This document shows positions 13,331 through 28,125 of a stretch of 64,000 nt of DNA, in pieces (the first letter of the stretch is position 1; the number at the start of each line of letters is the position of its first letter). The stretch lies in NCBI RefSeq assembly GCF_009914755.1, contig NC_060940.1; one strand, written 5' to 3'. Source of the DNA: the human T2T-CHM13v2.0 reference genome, Homo sapiens. The notes under the pieces are model-generated. The model worked only from the letters and a program-made list of their open reading frames with translations. It was not told where the DNA came from and made no database searches. The translations under genes were made by a program, and so were the position numbers.

Positions 13331-14000
13331 AGTCCATTAATGCAAATTTACATTCTATCAGGCACACAAACTTTCTATTTCTAATAATAAAATTCTCACT
13401 TGAGATTTTTTCATTTAATCTAGGATGCCCTGTGGATATATTGAATTGATATTCCAATTTATTTGCATTTAATATGTACTATTTCATTTCTTAATAATAT
13501 AGTTTTTCAGAATTTTCAAAACTTTGTTTTAATCATTTAAAAAATGAGTCAAGAGATTAAATTGACCTTGTAGTTCTAACACTAATTATCCTCTATTTTC
13601 TTTTGTAATTAATTTGGACATGTTTTAACTTTAACATAATTTTTATTCTCAATTCATATTTTAAAATAACTTTTTGGTTATATTATAACATATGTTGAGA
13701 AAAGTACACAATAATAAGTATAGACCTTGAAGAATTTTCACAAATGTCCTCCTTGTGTCCCCTCCATTGTCACTACACACTCCTTCCAAAGGAAGCTAAT
13801 TTCTTATTTATAAAGTAGTTTTGCCTGAATGCAGTCATACAGTATGTACTGTGTTTGGCTTCTTCTATTCAAAGTTATGTGTGTACTCCTTTTCCATTCA
13901 GTTCCTTTAGAGATAATCATTTATTTTTATGAATTTCACTGATTTTTATTTACACTTGCATTGTTTCTTGTTTGTAGCTATTTAAATGATGTTGTTACAT

Positions 14001-14222
14001 ATGAAGATTTCTCAAATAACTAAAAGTAAATGTACCATTCAATCCAGCAATCCCACTACTAGGTATCTATCCAGAGGAAAAGAAGTCATTATATCAAAAA
14101 GACACCTGCACATGTATGTTTACTGCAGCACCATTCACAATTACAAAGATACGGAGCCAACTTAAGTGCCCATCAACTGACGAGTGGATAAAGAAAATGC
14201 GGTGTATGAATGTATGTATACA

Positions 14223-14253
<31 letters not shown>

Positions 14254-14630
14254 CACACACAAACACTCCCCATGGAATACTACTCAACCATAAAAAGGAT
14301 TAAATAGTGTTTTTTTGTGGCAACTTGTTTGGAACTGGACACCATCATTTTAAGTGAAATAACTCAGGAGTGGAAAACTAAACATTGCATGTGCTCACTT
14401 ATAAGTGGGAGCTAAGCTGTGGGTATGCAAAGGCATGCAGAGTGGTATAATGAACACTGGAGACAGAAAGAGTGAGGGTGAGAGGGAGGTGAGGGATGTA
14501 AAACTACCTATTGGGTACAACATACAGTACTCAGGTCACGAGTACATTAAAATCCCAGACCTCACCACTAAACAAGTCTTCCATGTAACCAAAACTGCTT
14601 GTACCCCTAAAGCTATTGAAATAAAAAATA
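14001..14630 (+). mobile_element. L1PB3/4-type 3' end containing (CA)n at 14223-14260
   Basis: aactaaaagtaaatgtaccattcaatccagcaatccc...tacccctaaagctattgaaataaaaaa. Confidence 0.85.
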
Positions 14631-14732
14631 TATTAGCAATAATTTCTTAATATTATTTTAAAATAAAATAATGCTGTTATAATGTTACACAAACCTTTTA
14701 GTCAATATATGTTTGCATTTTTATTGGGCTTT

Positions 14733-15162
14733 TGCATTAGTACATTCTTGTACTGCTATAAATAAATAAATACTTCAGACTGGGTAATTTATAAAGAAAA
14801 GAGTTTTAATTGGCTCATGGTTTTGCAGGCTGTATAGGAAGCATGGTTCTTGCAACTGCTGAGCTTCTGGGGAGGCCTCAGGAAACTTACAATCATGGCA
14901 GAAGGTGCAGGGGGAGCACACACATCACATGGCCAGAGTGGGAGCAAGAGTGAGAGGAGGAGATGCTAAACACTTTTAAACAACTAGATCTCATGAGAAC
15001 CCATTCACTGTCATGAGAACAGTACCAAAAGGGATGGTGATAAACCATTCATGAGAAACCGACCTCCATGACCCAATCACCTCCTACCAGGCCCCACCTT
15101 CAAAAGTGGGGATTTCAATTCAACGTGAGATTTGGGTGGGAACACAGATCCAAACCTTGTCA
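14733..15162 (-). mobile_element. MSTA/B solo LTR
   Basis: tgcattagtacattcttg...ggaacacagatccaaaccttgtca; TSD gcttt/gcttc. Confidence 0.88.
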
Positions 15163-15605
15163 GCTTCTGTGTAGTTTTGTGATTGTTGAGAAGCCACGGA
15201 GCAAGTACACGTGCATTTTTAGTGGATAGTACCAAAGTTTCCCAAAGTGGAAACAGTGAGTTTTAGGTTTTCCTCATCTTTACTAGTGCTTAATGTTTTC
15301 AGCCTTTTTAATTTGTGCCATATTGATATATATGTGATTGTAAATCTTTGTGGAATTAGTTTACATTTTTTTCTATTGGTTAATGAGGCTGATCACCTTC
15401 TCATATGTTTATTGACTACAAATTCTCTCCTTTTGAGAATAGGTTGCAAAGGACTCTTGGCCATTTGCTATTGTGTCGTTGGCCACTTACTATTGCTTTT
15501 CTGTCTTTTACATATTGATTGGTATATGTTCTTTGTATATGCTGAATATGGGCCTTTTATTTATTAAATATGTTGTTAATATATTCTCCTTTGTGGCATG
15601 TATTT

Positions 15606-16159
15606 ATTTTCTTCCAACTTTTATTTTAGGTTCAGGGGTACAGGTGTGAGTTTGTCACATTAGTAAATTGTATGTTGCAGGGATTTGGTATACACATTAT
15701 TTTGTCACCCAGGTAATGAGCATAGTACCCGATAGGTAATTTTTAAATCCTCAGCCTCTTACCACACTCCACTGTCAAGTAGGCCTTGATGTCCATTGTT
15801 CCCTTCTTAGTGTTCATGTGTTTTCAATGTTTAGCTCTCACTTATAAGTGAGAACATGCAGTATTTGATTTTCTGTCCCCGTGTTAATTCACTTGGGATA
15901 ATGGCCCCCAGCTGCATCTATGTTGCTTCAATGACATGATTTCCTTATTTTTTATAGCTGTGTAGTATTTCATGCTGTGCATGTACCACATTTTCTTTAT
16001 TTAGTCCACCATTAATGGGCATCTAGGTTGATTCCATGCCTTTCCTATTGTGAATAGTGCTGTGACGAACATACACATGCATGTGTCTTTATGGTAGAAT
16101 GATTTGTATTCCTTTGGGTACATACCCAGTAATGAGGTTGCTGAATCAAGCAATAGATC
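15606..16159 (-). mobile_element. L1PA15/16-type 3' end, 5'-truncated
   Basis: caacttttattttaggttcaggggtaca...; TSD tgtggcatgtattt / tgtggcatacattt. Confidence 0.85.
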
Positions 16160-16256
16160 TGTGGCATACATTTTTGTTCTCCTAATAATCTCTCCTGATG
16201 AGAATACTTTATTTTAATATAGTATAATTATTGATACTTTTATTTATTTACAATTA

Positions 16257-16589
<333 letters not shown>

Positions 16590-16639
16590 TTACAATTACT
16601 TTATAAGAAAACTTATTATAAGAAAACTTTACATTTAGT

Positions 16640-17030
16640 TTGATAAACTTCCCTCTTTACACTGCTTTAGCTGTAACCCAGAGATTCTGGTATGTTGTAT
16701 CTTTGTTCTTATTAGTTTTAAATAATTTCTTGATTTCTGCCTTATTGTCATTGTTTACCCAAAAGTTACTTAGGAGCAGATTGTGTAATTTCCATGTAAT
16801 GTTATGGTTTTGAGTGATTTTCTTAGTATCGATTTATGTTATTGCACGGTGGCCCAAGAGTGTGTCTGGCATGATTTCAGTATTTTTAACTTGCTGAGGG
16901 TTGTTTTATGGCCGATTGTGTGGTCGATTTTAGAGTATGAGCCATGTGCAGATGAGAATGTATATTCTATTATTTTTGGATGGAGCGTTCTATAGATGTC
17001 TATTTGGTCCATTTGGTCAAGTGTTGAGTT
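16640..17030 (-). mobile_element. Internal L1P ORF2 (endonuclease-region) fragment without 3' end
   Basis: aaacttccctctttacactgctttagctgtaacccagagattctggtatg...tggtcaagtgttgagtt. Confidence 0.8.
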
Positions 17031-17183
17031 AGGCCTATTTTAATGTCATGAAGATAATCTCCCATGTTAAGTTCTAGAAGTTTTATTTATCATTTACATG
17101 TTTATTCTTTCACATTTTATTTTTATTCTTTGAATGATGTGAGGTTGGTTGTCAAGTTTAGTTGCCCATACAAATTGGGGGAG

Positions 17184-17958
17184 GGGAGGCGAGGTCCACC
17201 TGCATGTGTGTGTGCTGGCAAAGGGGTTCTGGGGAGGCTGTGGTGGGAGGAGGGTGCAGGTGAGCTGGGACACATCTCTGAGGGCTGGTCTGTTGGAGCT
17301 CTCTGACGGCCAGGTGCAGTCTGCAGGCCAAGGAGCTATGATGAGGGCTCTGGGAAGCACCTTGCTTGGGCATCCAATGCAGGCTGGGGCCCCAGGAGAC
17401 GCCAGCAAACAGGGGGTCACTCAGATTGGATAGCTCTGTCTGATGGGCAAGGCTGTTTTGCTCTGTCTAGGTCCAGCAGTTCTTCTATAGCCAAAGCCTC
17501 CTAGGGGAACATGGTGAGCCTTGGGGGATGGGCGTTCCTGGCTGTGGTCCACTGCAGAAGTTCCTGTACCAAAGCATCTGGGCTCCGCACAGGCTGGAAT
17601 CCTGCTCCTTTCACCTCTCTAAGCAGCTCTCCCAGCCAACTCCAGCGTCTGTGGAAATCATAGGTTTTCCTGCTGCCTGGATTCCAAAGGTCTGTGGCAG
17701 GAGTGGGCTGCTCCTTACCTATTCAACTCATCCCTTTCCCAGGAGTTGCTGGGGGCCAGAAATGAGTCCTGGTGCTCAGTAATCCCGCTCAGTGTTCCCA
17801 ACTTCCTCTTCCTTCAGCCCAGAGTCTGCATCCTCCCTCCATCCACTCTCAGTGCCTTCCCTCTGAAGTCTGCTTAGAGTGTGCCAGTCTTCCCAACAGC
17901 TCCTGGTGGCAGATGTTCGTTCTGGCTGCATCTAGTTGGCTATCTTCGCTATCACTCC
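17184..17958 (-). mobile_element. Isolated L1PB-type 5'UTR fragment
   Basis: GC-rich block ending gcatctagttggctatctt (reverse of the L1 5' start aagatggccgactaga). Confidence 0.65.
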
Positions 17959-19184
17959 CCAACTTTGTGTGGCTTTTAAAGATTGTCTTGGCTCTTCTTA
18001 GCCACTCTCATCTTTATATAAATTTCAGGAAACGCTTCTGTCAAGTTTGAAAAACAAATATTATGGATTTTCATTGGGAATACAGAAAACCTATAGATCC
18101 ATTTAAGAAAAAATAAATCGTTACAATATCAAATCCTTTTATCCAGGGACAAACCAAACCCTTCATTATCTTTGATCTTTTAAATTTTATTTTGATAATT
18201 TTGTACAATTATGAGATTTATATCTAGATATTTGATGTTTTTGATGCTATTGCAAATTGTTTTGTTAGGAATATTTTTCTTACTGTTGCCTCTAAATGAA
18301 AATATAATTGATTTTATAGTGACTAAGCAAGATTTCTAAAATCATTTATTAAGTCTGAAATATTGTCTTTTGATTTGATATGTATGTTTTATATACATGT
18401 TACCTTAAAGGAAAGTTTTATTTCTTCCTTGAAATTATGATAATCTTAATTCTTTTTCTTGCCTTATTTCTCTTGCTTAAGACTTGCATCCTAAGGAAAA
18501 TGTTGAACAGAAATGGAGTGTGGACCTTTTAATGCCCCTTTCTAATGTCATGAACAAGTATTTTCATATTTCACTACTTAATATATTTTTATATAAAGAT
18601 TGTGTGTGTGTGTTTAGACAGCTTAAGAAAACCTTAGTATCATAAGAGATTTCATCATGAAAGCATTATAGCATGTTGTATATTATCATATGCTTTCTTC
18701 AAAACGCAAGGTGATCATATATTTTTATCCTTTATTCTGATAATGTGATGAATAACACTGATGTATTTTTAGATGCTAAAATCAATGTTGGAGTCCTGGA
18801 ATTAATCAAACTTGTGTCTATTTCTGCACTATTTTGCCAATATTTTGTATAGGATTTTGTATGTAAATTCATGTTTTTGCCAGATTTTAATATGATAGTT
18901 ATGCTGGTCTCATAAATTGAATTGGAAATTTCCACCACTTTTTCTTTTCTCTGGAATAGGTTTAGTAATATTGATGTTAAATCTTTCTTAAATATTTCAA
19001 ATGATTCAGTTATGAAAATAACTCACCCTGGAGTTTTTCCTATTTAAAGATTTCTATTAGACATGTAATTTTTAATAGCCATAAGAAAGTTCATATTGTT
19101 TATTTATTCTTATGTAACTTTTGGTAAGTTTTGTTTCACTAGCAACCTCTTCATTTAATCTAAATTTACATATTTTAAAAATAT

Positions 19185-22100
19185 TTTTATTTTTAGTAAC
19201 CATCCCCACTCTCTCCCACTCACCAGCTACCCTTCCCAGCCTCTAGCAAACTATCATAATATTCTCTATCTTCATGAGTTCAATTGTTTTAATTTTTAGA
19301 TCCTACAAATAAGTGAGAGCACGTGAAGTTTGTGTTTCTGCACCTGGCTTATTTTACTTAACTTTGTGAACTCTAGTTTCATTCATGTTGTTGCAAACAA
19401 CAGAATATCATTCTTTTTTATGGCTGAATACTGCACTGTTGTGTATATATACCACTTTTTCTTTATCCATTATTTTGTTGATGGATACTTAGGCTGTTTC
19501 CTAATACTGGCTATTGTGAACAGTGTTGCAATAAACAGGGGAGTACAGATATCTCTTTGATATACTGATTTCCTTTCCTTATGGGTGTATACCTGGAAGT
19601 GGGATTGTTGGATCATATAGTAGCTATATTTTTAGTTTTTTGAGGAACCTCCAAATTTTTCTCCATAGCGATTGTGCTAATTTACACTACCATCAACAGT
19701 GTACAAGGGTTTCCTTATCTGAATATTCTTACCAGCATTTGTTATTGCTTGACTTTTGGATAAAAGTCATTTTAACAGGTGTGACGTGATATCTAATTGT
19801 AGTTTTGATTTGCATTTCTCTGATGATCACTGATGTTAAGCACCTTTTCATATACCTGTCTGTCATTTATATGTCTTCTTTTGAGAAATATCTATTCAGA
19901 ACTTTTGCCTATTTTTAAATGAGATTATTAGATTTTTTCCTATTGAATTGTTTGAGTTACTTATATATTCTGGTTATTAATCCTTTGTCAGATGGGTAGT
20001 TTGCAAGCATTTTCTCCTATTTTGTCCATTGTCTCTTCACTTTGTTGATTGTTTCCTTTGCTTACAGAAGTCTTTTAACTTGATATTATCCCATTTATCC
20101 ATTTTTGCTTTGGTTGCCTGTGCTTGTGGGATATTACTTAATAAATCTTTGTCTAGTCCAATGTCCTGAAGAGTTTTCCAAATGTTTTCTTTTAGTGGTT
20201 TCATAGTTTTAAGTCTTAGATTTAAGTATTTAATCCATTTCTATTTCATTTTTTTATATAGCAGGAGATAGGGGTCTAGTTTAATTCTTCTGCATATGGA
20301 TATCAAGTTTTCCTGGAATTATTTATTGAAGAGACTGTCATTTCCCGAGTATATATCTTGGCACCTTTGTTGAAAATGAGTTCTCTGAAGGTGTATAGAT
20401 TTGTTTCTTGATTCTCTAGTCTGTTCCACTGGCCTATGTGTCTGTTTTTATGCCAGTACCATGCTGTTTTGGTTACTATAGCTCTGTAGTATAATTTGAA
20501 GTCAGATAATGTGATTCCTCTAGTTTTGTTCTCTTTTCTCAGGATAGCTTGGGCTATTCTGGATCTTTTGTGTTCCATATAAATTTTAGGATTGTTTTTT
20601 CTATTTCTGTGAAGAATGCCATTGGTATTTTGATAGGAATTACATTGGATGCGTAGGTTGCTTTGGATAGTATGGTCATTTTAACAATATTGATTCTTTC
20701 AATACATGAACATAAAATATCTTTCAATTTTTTGGTGTCCTCTTCAATTTCCTCCATCAGTATTTTATAGTATTCATTATAGAAATGCTTCATTTCTTTG
20801 GTTAATTCCTAGGTATTTAATTTCATGTGTGGCTATTGTAAATGGCATTATGTTTTGGTTTCTTTTTCAGGTTGTTTACCTGGCATGTAGAATGATTTTT
20901 GCATGCTGATTTTGTATCCTTCTGCTTTACTGAATTTGTTTATCAGTTTTAATAGTTCCTTAGTGGAGTCTTTAGTTTTTTCTAACTATAAGATCATATT
21001 ATCTGTGAGCAAGGATAATTTCACTTCCTCCTTTGCAATTTGGATGCCCTTTATTTCTTCCTCTTGGCTGATTGCTCTATATAGGACTTTCGGTACTATG
21101 TTGAGTAACAGTGGTGATAGTGGGCATCCTTGTCATGTTTCAGACCTTAGATGAGAGGCTTTCAATTTTTCCCCCATTCAGTATGATACCAGCTCTGGAT
21201 CTGTCATATATAACTTTTATTATGTTGAGGTACGTTGCTTCTATACCCCATTTTTTGAGTGTTTTAATCATTAAGGGATGTTGAATTTTATCCTTGAGAA
21301 TGATCCATGTGTTGAGGAAAATAATGTGTGTTCTGTAGCCATTGGATGAAATGTTCTGTAAATATCTATTAGGCCCATTGGTCTATAGTGCAGATTAAGT
21401 CTGAAGTTTCTTTGTTGATTTTCTGTCTGCAAGATCTGTTCAATGCTGAAAGAGGGGTTTTGAATTCTTCAGGTATTATTGTATTGGGGGGTCTACCTCT
21501 CTTTTTAGCTCTGATAATATGTGCTTTAGATATTTGTGTGCTCCAGTGTTAGGTGCATATATCTTTACAATTATTATATCCCGTTGCTGAATTTACCCCT
21601 TTATCATTATATAATGACCTTTTTGTCTCTTTCCATAGTTTTTGTCTTGAAATCTATTTTGTCTGACGTAAATATAGCTACACCTGCTCTTTTTTGGTTT
21701 CCATAAACATGGAATATCTTTTTTCATCCTTTTATTTTCAATCTGTTTGTGTCTTTATAAGTGAAGTGCGTTTCTTTTAGGCTACAGGTCATTGGGTCTT
21801 TTAAAAAAATCGAGTCACTCTATGTATTTTGACTGGAGAGTTTAGTCAATTTACTTTCACTATTATTGATAGTAAAGACTTACTCCTGCCATTTTGTTAT
21901 TCATTTTCTGATTGTTTTGTGATCTTCTCTTTCTTTTTTCCTATCTTCCTTTTAGGAAAGGTGATTTTCTCTGGAGGTATGTTTTAATTTCTTGCTTTTT
22001 ATTTTTTCTGTATTTATTGTATGTTTTTAGTTTTGAAATTACCACGAGGCTTGTAAATAATATCTTATAACCCATTATTTTAACTGATGACAAGACTGAT

Positions 22101-24419
22101 TGTATAAAGAAACAAACTAACCAACAAACAAGGAAAGAGAAAATGAATAAAAACTCTACACTTTCACTTTGTCCCCCCACTTTTTAACTTTTTGTTTCTA
22201 TTTGTATCTTATTGTACTGTCTATATTGTAGTTATTATTTCTGATCTGTTCATCTTTTAGTCTTTCTATTCAAGAGTAGTTTACACACCACAATTATAGT
22301 TTTATAATAGTCTGTGTTTTTCTGTGTGCTTATTATTACTAGTGAGTTTCACACCTTCAGTGATTTCTTATCACTCATTAATATCCCTTTCTTTAAGATT
22401 GAAGAACATACTTTTGCATCTCTTGTAGGACATGTCTGGTATTGATGAAATCCCTCATCTTTGGTTTGTCTGGGGAAGTCTTTATGTATCCTTCATGTAT
22501 AAAGGATATTTCTGCTGAACATGCTATTCTAGGGTAAAAGTTTTTCCCTCAGCACTTCGAGTATGTCATGCCAGTCTCTCCTGGCCTCTAAGGTTTCTAC
22601 TATGAAGTATGCTGCGAAACATATTCGAGCTCTATTGTATGTTATTTGTTTCAATTCATTCGCTTCTTTTAAGATCCTTTCTTTATCCTTAATATTGGGA
22701 GTTTGATTATTTAATGTTTTGAAGTAGTCTGCTTTGGGTTAAATCTGCTTGGTTTTCTATAACCTTCTTGTAGTTGAATATTGATTTGTTTCTCTAGGTT
22801 TGGGAAGTTCTTTGTTATTATCCTTTTGATCAAAGTTTCTATCCTTACCTCTCTCTCTGCCCCCCGCCTTAAGGCCAATAACTCTTAGATTTGCCCTTTT
22901 GAAGCTATTTCTAAGTCTTGTAGGTGTGCCTCATTTGTTTTTATTTTTTTTCTTTTATCTTCTCTGACTGTGTATTTTCAAACTACCTATTTTCCAGCTC
23001 ACTAATTCTTTTTTCTGTTTGATAAATTCTGCTATTAAGAAACTCTGATGCATTATTCAATATGCCAATTGCATTTTTCAACTCTAGAATTTCTGCTTGA
23101 TTCTTTTTAATTATTTCAATCTGTTTGTTAAATGTTAAATTTATCTGACAGGATTCTGGATTCTGAATTTCTTCTCTGTGTTATCTTAAATTTCTTTGAG
23201 TTTCCTCAACACAGCTATTTTGAATTTTCTGTCTGAAGGTCACATATCTCTGTTTCTCTGGGATTGGTCGCTGGTGCCTTATTTAGTTCATCTGGAGAGG
23301 TCATGTTTTCTGGGTGGTTTTCATGCTTATGGATGTTCATTGGTGTCTGGGCATTGGAGAGTTAGGTATTTATTGTAGTATTTGCAGTCTGGTCTTGTTT
23401 GTACCTGTCCATTTTGGAAAGGCTTTCAAGGTACAAACAAACAAAGTGACTTTGGTGTTTTGATCTAAGCTTTTGGTCACTGCAACCATATCTGCATTGG
23501 GGGGCCTCCCAAGCCCAGTAACGCTATGGCTCTTGCAGACTCATAGAGGTATCACCTTGGTTGTCTTGGACAAGATCCAGAAGAATTCTCTGGATTACGA
23601 GGCAGAGACTCTGGTCCTCTTCCCTTACTTTCTCCCCGCAAAATGGAGTCTCTCTGTCTCTCTCTCTCTCTCTCCTGTTGAACTGCCTGGAACTGGGGGA
23701 GGAGCAACACAAGCACCCCTGTGGCCACCAAAACTGGGACCATGCTCGGTCAGACCTGAAACCAGCATGGTACTGGGGTTGAGAGAGAAGTGGCACAAGC
23801 ACTCTGTTTGCTACTTTGTTACTCCGGCTGGTGTCTCACTAGGTCATGCATCCCCCAAGTCTACTGGCTCCACATGCAGCACAGCACCAGGGCTTCCTCT
23901 GGAATTGCAGTCCTTGTGGCCTAGACTGCCTTAAAAGCTTATTTAGGAACCTGGGCACTTTAACCCATTGTGGTGAGGCTTGCCAGAACTTAGGTTCTGA
24001 CTGCTGGGATAGATGAGTCCTTTCTGGCTGGGGCTGGTCTAAATGCTCCCTTTGTGAAGGTTTACTGAGTTCTGCCTAATGTGGCTTTCTGCTGTGACAG
24101 GGCAGCACTGAGTTCCAATACAAAGTCCCATGATCACTGTACTCTTTCCCCCAAAAACACATATTCCATCTCCACACCATGTGGCTGCTGCCAGGAGATA
24201 ATGGAAGGTAACATAAAGACTGTTTTTCTTACCCTCTTCACTGCCTTTTTCTGTGATATGAAGTTAAAACTAGGTACTATGACCACTCACCTGATGTTTT
24301 TGTTCTTACGAAGGTACATTTTGTGTGTGTGTGTGTGTAGATAGTTATTAAATTTGGGGCTCCTGTGGTGGGGGGGTGATCTATGGGAGCTTGTATTCAG
24401 CCATCTTCCTCCACCTCCC
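19185..24419 (-). mobile_element. L1MA2/3-type, near full length, with internal ORF2 deletion
   Basis: Continuous 3'UTR-ORF2-ORF1-5'UTR; ORFs 20303-20578 and 20554-20793 are ORF2 peptides; 5' end gggaggtggaggaagatggctgaata on the minus strand. Confidence 0.88.
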
Positions 24420-26203
24420 AAGTCTTCATATGTATTGATAGAAAGCTGTTCTCTTTTTTTTTTTTTAAACATCTTGTGCATTTTTAAATTCTCGATGTTA
24501 TTTGTTTGGATTTTATCTCTCTCTCTCTCTCTCCCTGTCTCTCAAAGGCCTTCCCATGGAGTTAACAGTTTTATTAGTCTTTTCAATATCCATAGTTTTA
24601 AATGTTTTTCTAATGTGTGCTTTTTTGGTATTTCATTAATTAATTTCTGATCTTAATTTTATTATTTTCTTTCTTTTACTTTCATTGGGTGACTTACTGA
24701 GATGGATACATAGACCATGAAGAATGAGCATATATTTGTTTGTTAAATATGCCTTGAGGGCTATATATTTCTATCCTAGAATATCTTTAAATGTTTCCTG
24801 AAAGATTCAATATGATTTATGTTTATTATCTTTCTATGCAATTAATTTTTAAGAAACTTTTATTACAACCACACTAATTTTGACTCAAATGTTGGAGTTT
24901 TTTTACTTAAAATAGTTTTTTTTTTTTTTTAACAATTTCACTTGGTCAGAGAATACACAAGCAATTGCTTTGATCCTTGGAGATTTGTCTAGACTTGCTT
25001 TATGGCACAGTATATTATCAATTTTGAAAAATGCTTCATGTCATCCTGTGAGAAACGTGTGTTCTCTAGTTGTTAAGGACATTGTTAGACATGTCGATGG
25101 GTAAGAATTTTTAAATTTTTTCCTTCAAAACTTCTCTGTCCTTACAGATATTGTTTCCTGCTTGTTTTATTAGTTACCTAGAGCAATGTGTTAAAATCTG
25201 CTATTTTGCTTATGAATTTCATATACCGTTTTATGAGGTACATATATCTTTCTGATAGATAAATTATTTAATCACAGTGGAATATCCTATTTTTTTCTTA
25301 TAGTAATCTTCTTGACTTGAAGTTTACTTTTTCTTCCATTTCTGTAACTATATATATATGGTTTGGGTTAGTGTTTGTATTATATGGCATTTTATTCTTT
25401 TACTGTGAAATCCTCTTTATCCTTATATTTAAGGTACGTATATCTTATCATTGAACTTTGTTTTATTTTAGCCTATCTCATAAACTTTCTTTTAGGTGGC
25501 ATTTTATACATTTATATTCAATTGAATTATTGTTATATTTCATATTGTATCTAATCTTACAATTTTTTTGAACATGTAGTACTTTTAGCACTTAAAATGG
25601 TTTTGTCTGCTGTGGACAAATTTGCTATTTATCTGAAACTTCATTTTGCTTTGGTTTTGAAGGATGTTTTCTTTTAGGTTGAAATAATTTCCTTCAGCAC
25701 TTTGATGATGCCATTTTATTGATTTTTGGCTTCCATAGTTTCTCTTCAAGTGTTAACTATTGACTTTATTGTTGTTCCTTTGAGGGTAGAGTGTCTTTTT
25801 TTCACTAGCTGATTTTAAAATTTACACCTTTATGGGTGGGTGTTGCATTTCCCAGTTTCCTGAAAATTGGAAAACTCTGCTAGTCTTCTCAAATTCTGTA
25901 GCTGGTGTTGTCAGGGGTTTATCTAAAACTCTCAAACCTTGCTTTAATAATGGACTGAATCTACAGATATGTGTCTAATGGATTTTTCTGGAAGGCTGCT
26001 CTACCTGTTTATATGGTAGTGCTAAAAATGCTCAGGAATTAAAAATCTCCTCCAATATTTCTTGACTAATGAGTGGTTGTTACAGGTGTAAGTAGTCTTC
26101 TCATATATGTGGTTTCACTCTCTGGGGTTCCAGTTACCTGCAGTCGACAGTAGTCCAAAAATATTAAATAAAGAATTCCAGAAAGAAACAATTCATAAGT
26201 TTT

Positions 26204-26571
26204 ATTTCCATTAAAATTTTGTGTATTTCCATAGCTTTTGGCGTACAAGTGATTTTTGGTGACATGGATGAAATGCATTGTGGTAAAGCCTGAGATTTTT
26301 ACTGTATCATCACCCCACTTGTGTACATTGTATCTAATATGTAGATTTTATCCTTTATCTCCCAATGCTCCCCTTTCTGCATCTCCATAGTACTTTATAC
26401 CACTCTATATGCCTTTGCATACCTGTAGCTTAGCTCCCACTTATAAGTGAGAACATATGGAATTTAGTTTTCCATTCCTGAGTTATTTCACTTAGAATAG
26501 TTGGCCTCCAGCTCCATCCAAGATGCTGCAAAAGACATTTTTTCATTCTTATGACTGAGTAGTATTCCATG

Positions 26572-26617
<46 letters not shown>

Positions 26618-27459
26618 CTCACATTTTCTTTATCCAGCCATTGGTTGATAACCACTTAGGTTGGTTCCGTATCTTTGCATTTGTAAATTGTGCTGCAAAA
26701 AACATACATGTGCAGGTGTCTTTTAGATAGAATGACTTATTTTCATTTGCATAGATACCCAGTAGTGGGATTGCTAGATGGAATGGTAGATCTACCTTTA
26801 GTTCTTTAAGTAATCTCCATACTGTTTTCCATAGAAGTTGTATTAATTTACTTTCCCCCCAGCAGTATACAAGCATTTTCTTTTCAGCATATCCATGCCA
26901 ACATCTCTTTTTTGACTTTTAAATCATGGCCGTTCTTGCAAGAGTGAGGTGGTATTTTATTGTGGTTTTAATTTGCATTTCCCTGATGATTAGTGATGTT
27001 GAGCATTTTTTAATGTATTTTTTGTCATTAGTGTATCTTCTTTTGAGAAATGTCTATTTATGTCATTTGTCCACTTTTTGATGGGATTAAGTTTTTCTTG
27101 CTGATTTGTTTGAGTTCCTTGTAGATTCTAGATATTAGTCCTTTGTCAGAAGCATAGTTTGGAAATATTTTCTCCCATTCTGTGGGTCAGGTGATCAATG
27201 GAGTCCTGTCCCAGGTCTGTCTCACAATGAATCTGATGTTTTCATCCATGCACCCAGGGAAATCCTCTGGTTACCCATCACACAATCAAGATATATATAT
27301 TTATCATTTGGGGGAAGTCTGACATTGCTTACCTGACTTATGGAGTTGTCCCATTCTCTGATGATTATTTCTTTTGCTGTGGAGAAGCTTTTTAGTTTCA
27401 TTAGGTCCCATTTATTTATTTTTGTTTTGCTGCATTTGCTTTTGGGGTCTTAGTCATGG
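26204..27459 (-). mobile_element. L1PB3/4-type, 5'-truncated, containing (TG)n and a foreign 161-bp insert
   Basis: tttccatagcttttggcgtacaagtg...; diverged TSD aaacaattcataagtttta / aagcaatttatgagcttta. Confidence 0.88.
27185..27345 (+). repeat. 161-bp direct duplicate of 28176-28336
   Basis: Manual alignment: 13 mismatches, no indels (~92% identity). Confidence 0.97.
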
Positions 27460-28125
27460 ATAAGCAATTTATGAGCTTTAAATTGCACACCGTTCTGAGT
27501 ACCATGATGAAATCTTGCATTGTTCTGCTCTGGCCTGTCCAGGATGTGAATCATCCCTTTGTTCAGTGTATCTATGCTGTAGACACTACCTGACTGTTAG
27601 TCGCTGAGGAGCCATCTTGGCTGTCAGATCCAGTGTCACAGTATTGCAGTGCTTGTGTTCAAGTAACCCTTATTTTACTTCCTAATGACCTCAAAGCACA
27701 AGAGTAGCGATGCTGGCATATTGTTAAAATTGTTTTATTTTATTAAGTACTGTTTTTAACGTCTTACTGTGCCTAATTTATAAATTAAACTTTATCATAG
27801 GTATGTATGTATAGGAAAAACATCATATATATAGGATTGAGTATTATCTACAGTTTCAAGCATCCACTGGGGATCTTGGAAACTATCCCTCATGGATAAG
27901 GGGTCAATATTGTATAAATACAACAGTTCCCCTACCCTTGAGCAGAATAAGCTTGGATGTGTGTTTTACTTTTTTCTTTTTTTCTCCCTGAAATTCCCCC
28001 ATGGGATTAGCTAGCTTCATAATGTATCTTCTGTTCTCTGCATTACTTCGTGCATGTTAGTGTTCCTTTATCTTCCCCCAAAACCCCACTGTGCCCAAAT
28101 CCTCATCTCAGGGTCTGAGTCTACT

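Larger units (their letters stand above)
26090..27913 (+). mobile_element. MER44 (Tigger7-derived) DNA transposon, split by an L1PB
   Basis: agtagtc...gtggtttcactctctggggttccagttacctgcagtc...; resumes aaattgcacaccgttctgagt...catggataaggggtcaatattg, flanked by TA. Confidence 0.85.
25905..28125 (+). mobile_element. LTR16-type 5' LTR remnant, split by MER44 (itself split by an L1)
   Basis: Pieces 26020-26089 and 27915-27968 resemble the 3' LTR at 29465-29590; 28090-28117 resembles the LTR16 3' part (cccaaatcctcatctcagggtctg). Confidence 0.55.

Noticed and set aside
23473-23934. Cluster of overlapping ORFs on both strands (also 17064-18050)
   Set aside because: These lie in GC-rich L1 5'UTR sequence, where stop codons are scarce; no recognisable protein.
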